From positions 128,001 through 192,000 of the forward strand of contig OZ241863.1 in the NCBI GenBank assembly GCA_965203055.1: a DNA stretch of 64,000 nt, given 5' to 3'. The position numbers and the translations under genes were made by a program. Below, one piece after another: positions 61,457 to 64,000 of the stretch (position 1 is the first letter of the stretch; each line of letters opens with the position of its first letter). The DNA is from Spirochaetia bacterium. Its GTDB lineage: Bacteria > Spirochaetota > Spirochaetia > SZUA-6 > Bin103. A model generated the notes under the pieces. That model ran no database searches, was not told the origin of the DNA, and saw only the letters and a list, made by a program, of their open reading frames with translations.

Positions 61457-62464
61457 GTGACCGGTCTCAACAGACTGCCGACGCACCGGATGCGCTGGGC
61501 CAAGCCCTGGACCTGGGCCGTCGCCGCGGCGGTCAGCTTGGCGTTGTTTGGCGTGGTCGCCGCACGGCTCGATGCCGCTTCTCTGGCAGCGGTGGCACAG
61601 CAGCTTTCCTGGCCGCCGGTGGGGGCTGCGTTGGCGCTGCTGCTGGCGGGGCACCTGTTCAGTGCCCTGCGCACCCATCTGATCGCCGAGGACCACGTGT
61701 TCAGCACGGCCCTGCGGGTCAGCGCTTGGCACGCAATCTGGCTGATCGCGCTGCCGATGCGCCTGGGCGAAGTGGCGTGGCTGGTCAGCATGCGCAAGGC
61801 CTACGGCTGGAACGCGGCCACGGCAGTCGTCTGCGGCCTGGTGCAGCGGCTGCTGGACTTGGCGGTCATTGCCGCCCTTCTGCTGCTGGCGATGCCGGCC
61901 ATCTTCATCCCGGGCCGGATCGAAGCGCCGCTGGCCGGCGCGCTGGCGGCGGCGGCCGGCGCGCTGGCGCTCATGGGAGCCGTGACCCTGCCGGTCTGGC
62001 TGCGCCTGACCGGCCGCCTGGTAATTGCGGCCGGCCGCCCCCGTGGCTGGCGCGCGCGCTTGCTGCGCCACCTGTGGCGCGGCCGGCGGTGGCTGGAAAG
62101 CGGCCGCCACCGGCGCATCGTGCGGCTCTGCCTGGTGCCTACGGCGTTGTCGTGGATGGCAATCTTCGGCGGCTACTGGCTGCTCTGCCGCGCCGTCGGC
62201 CTGGACGCGGCCTGGTCCGAGGTGCTGTTCGCGGCCGCCGGCGGCAATCTGATCACCGCCCTGCCGGTACAATCGATCGGCGGGTTCGGGCTGCTGGAGG
62301 CGGGCTTCACCGGCATCCTCGCCTGGTTGGGCTCACCTGCCGATACCGCCGCCGCGGCGGCGCTGACCATTCGCTTCGTCGGCTGGGTCGGCACCGGCCT
62401 GTTCTGGCTCCTCAGCCTGGTTGCGGGCCTGCGCGTATACCGCCGGTTGGCGCGGCAATCATGA
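61457..62464 (+). CDS. Lysylphosphatidylglycerol-synthase TM-domain (flippase-like) protein
   Basis: Motifs LPMRLGE, QRLLD and LPVQSIGGFGLLEAG; multiple TMs. Confidence 0.83.
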   Translation: MTGLNRLPTHRMRWAKPWTWAVAAAVSLALFGVVAARLDAASLAAVAQQLSWPPVGAALALLLAGHLFSALRTHLIAEDHVFSTALRVSAWHAIWLIALPMRLGEVAWLVSMRKAYGWNAATAVVCGLVQRLLDLAVIAALLLLAMPAIFIPGRIEAPLAGALAAAAGALALMGAVTLPVWLRLTGRLVIAAGRPRGWRARLLRHLWRGRRWLESGRHRRIVRLCLVPTALSWMAIFGGYWLLCRAVGLDAAWSEVLFAAAGGNLITALPVQSIGGFGLLEAGFTGILAWLGSPADTAAAAALTIRFVGWVGTGLFWLLSLVAGLRVYRRLARQS

Positions 62465-63357
62465 GGTGGCGCAGCGGACGGGCCTTCGACGCCGCGGCGC
62501 ACCGGATCGAGGCGCGGCGCGTGCCCCACAAGGTCGCCGCGCTGACCATCGACGTGGAGCACGACTACAACGGCGGCGGCAGCGAGGCGTTGAACCGGTT
62601 GCCCGATCTGCTGGCCGCGGTAGCGGGCATGGGGATGCCGTTGACGGCCTTCGTCGAAGGGCGCCTGTTCGTCGAACGCCCCGATCTTTGCACCTGCCTG
62701 ATCGAGGCCGGGGCCGACCTGCACCTCCACTGCCATGACCACCGCCGGCCGGGCGACACCGCGGAGAGCCTCGAGGCGGGCATCGACGCGTTCGGGAGCT
62801 TCGTCGGCGCCGCGCCGCGCGGCTACCGCGCGCACACCTACGGCTTGACGGAAGATTTGTTCGACGCGCTGATGGCGGCCGGCTTCGCCTGGGATTCCTC
62901 CATCCTGCCGGGCATCGGCTTCGGCTGCCGGCCGGACGCCGTGTTTCGGCGCGGCGACTGGTTTCTGTTCGACGACTCGCTGGCTGAGTATCCGGTGGCG
63001 AGCTGGCGGTGGCGGGGCCGGGGCACGATCCCGTTCATCTGCTCCTACCGGCAGCTCCTGGGACCGTTCGGCGAATCGATGCTGGAGCGCGCCGCGGCCT
63101 TGCCCGATCTGGTGGTATACGACATGCACATGGTCGATCTGGTGCCGGACGGCCGCCTCGGCAAGTCGCCGCTGCCGCTGTGGTTGAAGGGCGCCCACGC
63201 GCTGGTTCGGCGGCGCCAGCGGGGATTCGGCGACCTGGCGGCGCTGGGCGAACGCCTGCGCCGTCAAGGCTATCGCTGGACCACGATGACGGCGTTGCAT
63301 GAACGGTCGATGAACGGGGCCGGCCGCGGCGAGCCCGGCGCGGTCGGCCAGGGCTAG
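62461..63357 (+). CDS. Polysaccharide deacetylase family protein
   Basis: Motifs LTIDVEHD, TAFVEG, HCHDH, GYRA and WDSS; ATGA overlap with the upstream gene. Confidence 0.85.
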   Translation: MRWRSGRAFDAAAHRIEARRVPHKVAALTIDVEHDYNGGGSEALNRLPDLLAAVAGMGMPLTAFVEGRLFVERPDLCTCLIEAGADLHLHCHDHRRPGDTAESLEAGIDAFGSFVGAAPRGYRAHTYGLTEDLFDALMAAGFAWDSSILPGIGFGCRPDAVFRRGDWFLFDDSLAEYPVASWRWRGRGTIPFICSYRQLLGPFGESMLERAAALPDLVVYDMHMVDLVPDGRLGKSPLPLWLKGAHALVRRRQRGFGDLAALGERLRRQGYRWTTMTALHERSMNGAGRGEPGAVGQG

Positions 63358-64000
63358 GAGGGCTGCACGAGATACGGTTCCTCGTTCGGCGGCAGCGAGA
63401 TCGCGGCCGTCTCCGCGAACGCGGCGATGCGGGCGACCAAGCGGCCGTTCTGGGTGACCTCGAGCGGCGCTCCGAACCAGTCCGCCGGCCGCCTGAAGCG
63501 CAACGTCAGCGGCTGGTCGAACCGGTCATTGTCCAGGCCGTCGGCCAGCACGAACGCTATCCGGCGCGTCACTCCGTCCCGTTCGATCACCTGCAGGGCG
63601 GCCTCGGCGCGCTCCCGTTCCCGCAGGTAGAGCACGACGTCGTTCATCGGGGCGACCCAGAAATCGCGGGCGGCGATGGCGCGCACGTCCCCCTCGAAGT
63701 CTTCCCATTCGTAGAATCCCCAGCCCGCGCTGCCGATGTTGTGGTACACGGGTATGATCCATGCCGTCCTGGCGAGCGCCTGATCCAGGACCGGAACGAG
63801 CTCTGAAGTGTCGTTGATGCACCACTCGCACTCCCGGAAGCGGATGCTTTCCATGGTCAGGCCGGGCAGGAAGAACCAGTTTTCGGGGGTGGTGGCGGCG
63901 TCGGGGACGATGTACGGGGTCTGACCCATCGCCGGAAACGAGAGCCGGCCGGCCAGAAAGCCGGCGTCGGCCAGCGCCTGTTGGGTTTCCGCTTCGCCGC
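63354..64000 (-). CDS. C-terminal part of a probable polysaccharide deacetylase-domain protein (runs off the window)
   Basis: Frame stays open to the window end (..QQALADAGFLAGR..); WIIPVYH, FWVAP..DV..Y and FDQPLTL. Confidence 0.6.
   Translation of the reverse strand, partial: GEAETQQALADAGFLAGRLSFPAMGQTPYIVPDAATTPENWFFLPGLTMESIRFRECEWCINDTSELVPVLDQALARTAWIIPVYHNIGSAGWGFYEWEDFEGDVRAIAARDFWVAPMNDVVLYLRERERAEAALQVIERDGVTRRIAFVLADGLDNDRFDQPLTLRFRRPADWFGAPLEVTQNGRLVARIAAFAETAAISLPPNEEPYLVQPS

Overview
A 64-kb, very GC-rich, gene-dense bacterial chromosome segment with about 54 real CDSs. I found no rRNA, tRNA or CRISPR array. Most long ORFs in the six-frame track are antisense or off-frame GC artefacts. 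1-9 kb: housekeeping mix of NYN-LOTUS RNase, tag, PurO-like IMP cyclohydrolase, folC, K+ channel, murA with Cys->Asp at the fosfomycin site, rpmE2, CoA-transferase and Nudix. This block includes a 59-aa bacterial HISTONE of the Bd0055/HMf fold (3703-3882). 9-18 kb: catabolic cluster with two amidohydrolase-fold genes, a Rieske ferredoxin and an ALDH (resembles the AibH1H2G dinuclear monooxygenase), plus Gfo/Idh/MocA, SDR, a PhyH-gluconolactonase fusion, a sirtuin and MazG. 18-34 kb: heterodimeric ABC exporter, pncA-pncB, DUF368, a molybdo-hydroxylase M/S plus maturation cluster lacking its large subunit, a stand-alone STAND-like ATPase, nucleoside hydrolase, acs and a His-rich membrane protein. 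34-36.5 kb: ISAs1-family transposase fused to a DUF4338/DruA-like domain. 36.5-44.6 kb: MoaD-MoeB-rhodanese polyprotein, YbdK, AAA_14/DUF4143, pyrK and carB. 44.7-64 kb: surface-glycan locus (internally duplicated GT2, Wzy-like, Wzz-like, sulfatase-Fn3, Wzx, two GT-C paralogues sharing an unnamed C-terminal domain, methyltransferase, FemAB-like GNAT, LPG-synthase-TM, deacetylases), interrupted by an AlbA/Schlafen-HATPase + ParA pair. At least nine genes have a TANNNT hexamer 5-7 nt upstream of the start codon, suggesting widespread leaderless mRNAs. All family calls come from motif recognition by eye, not from database searches.
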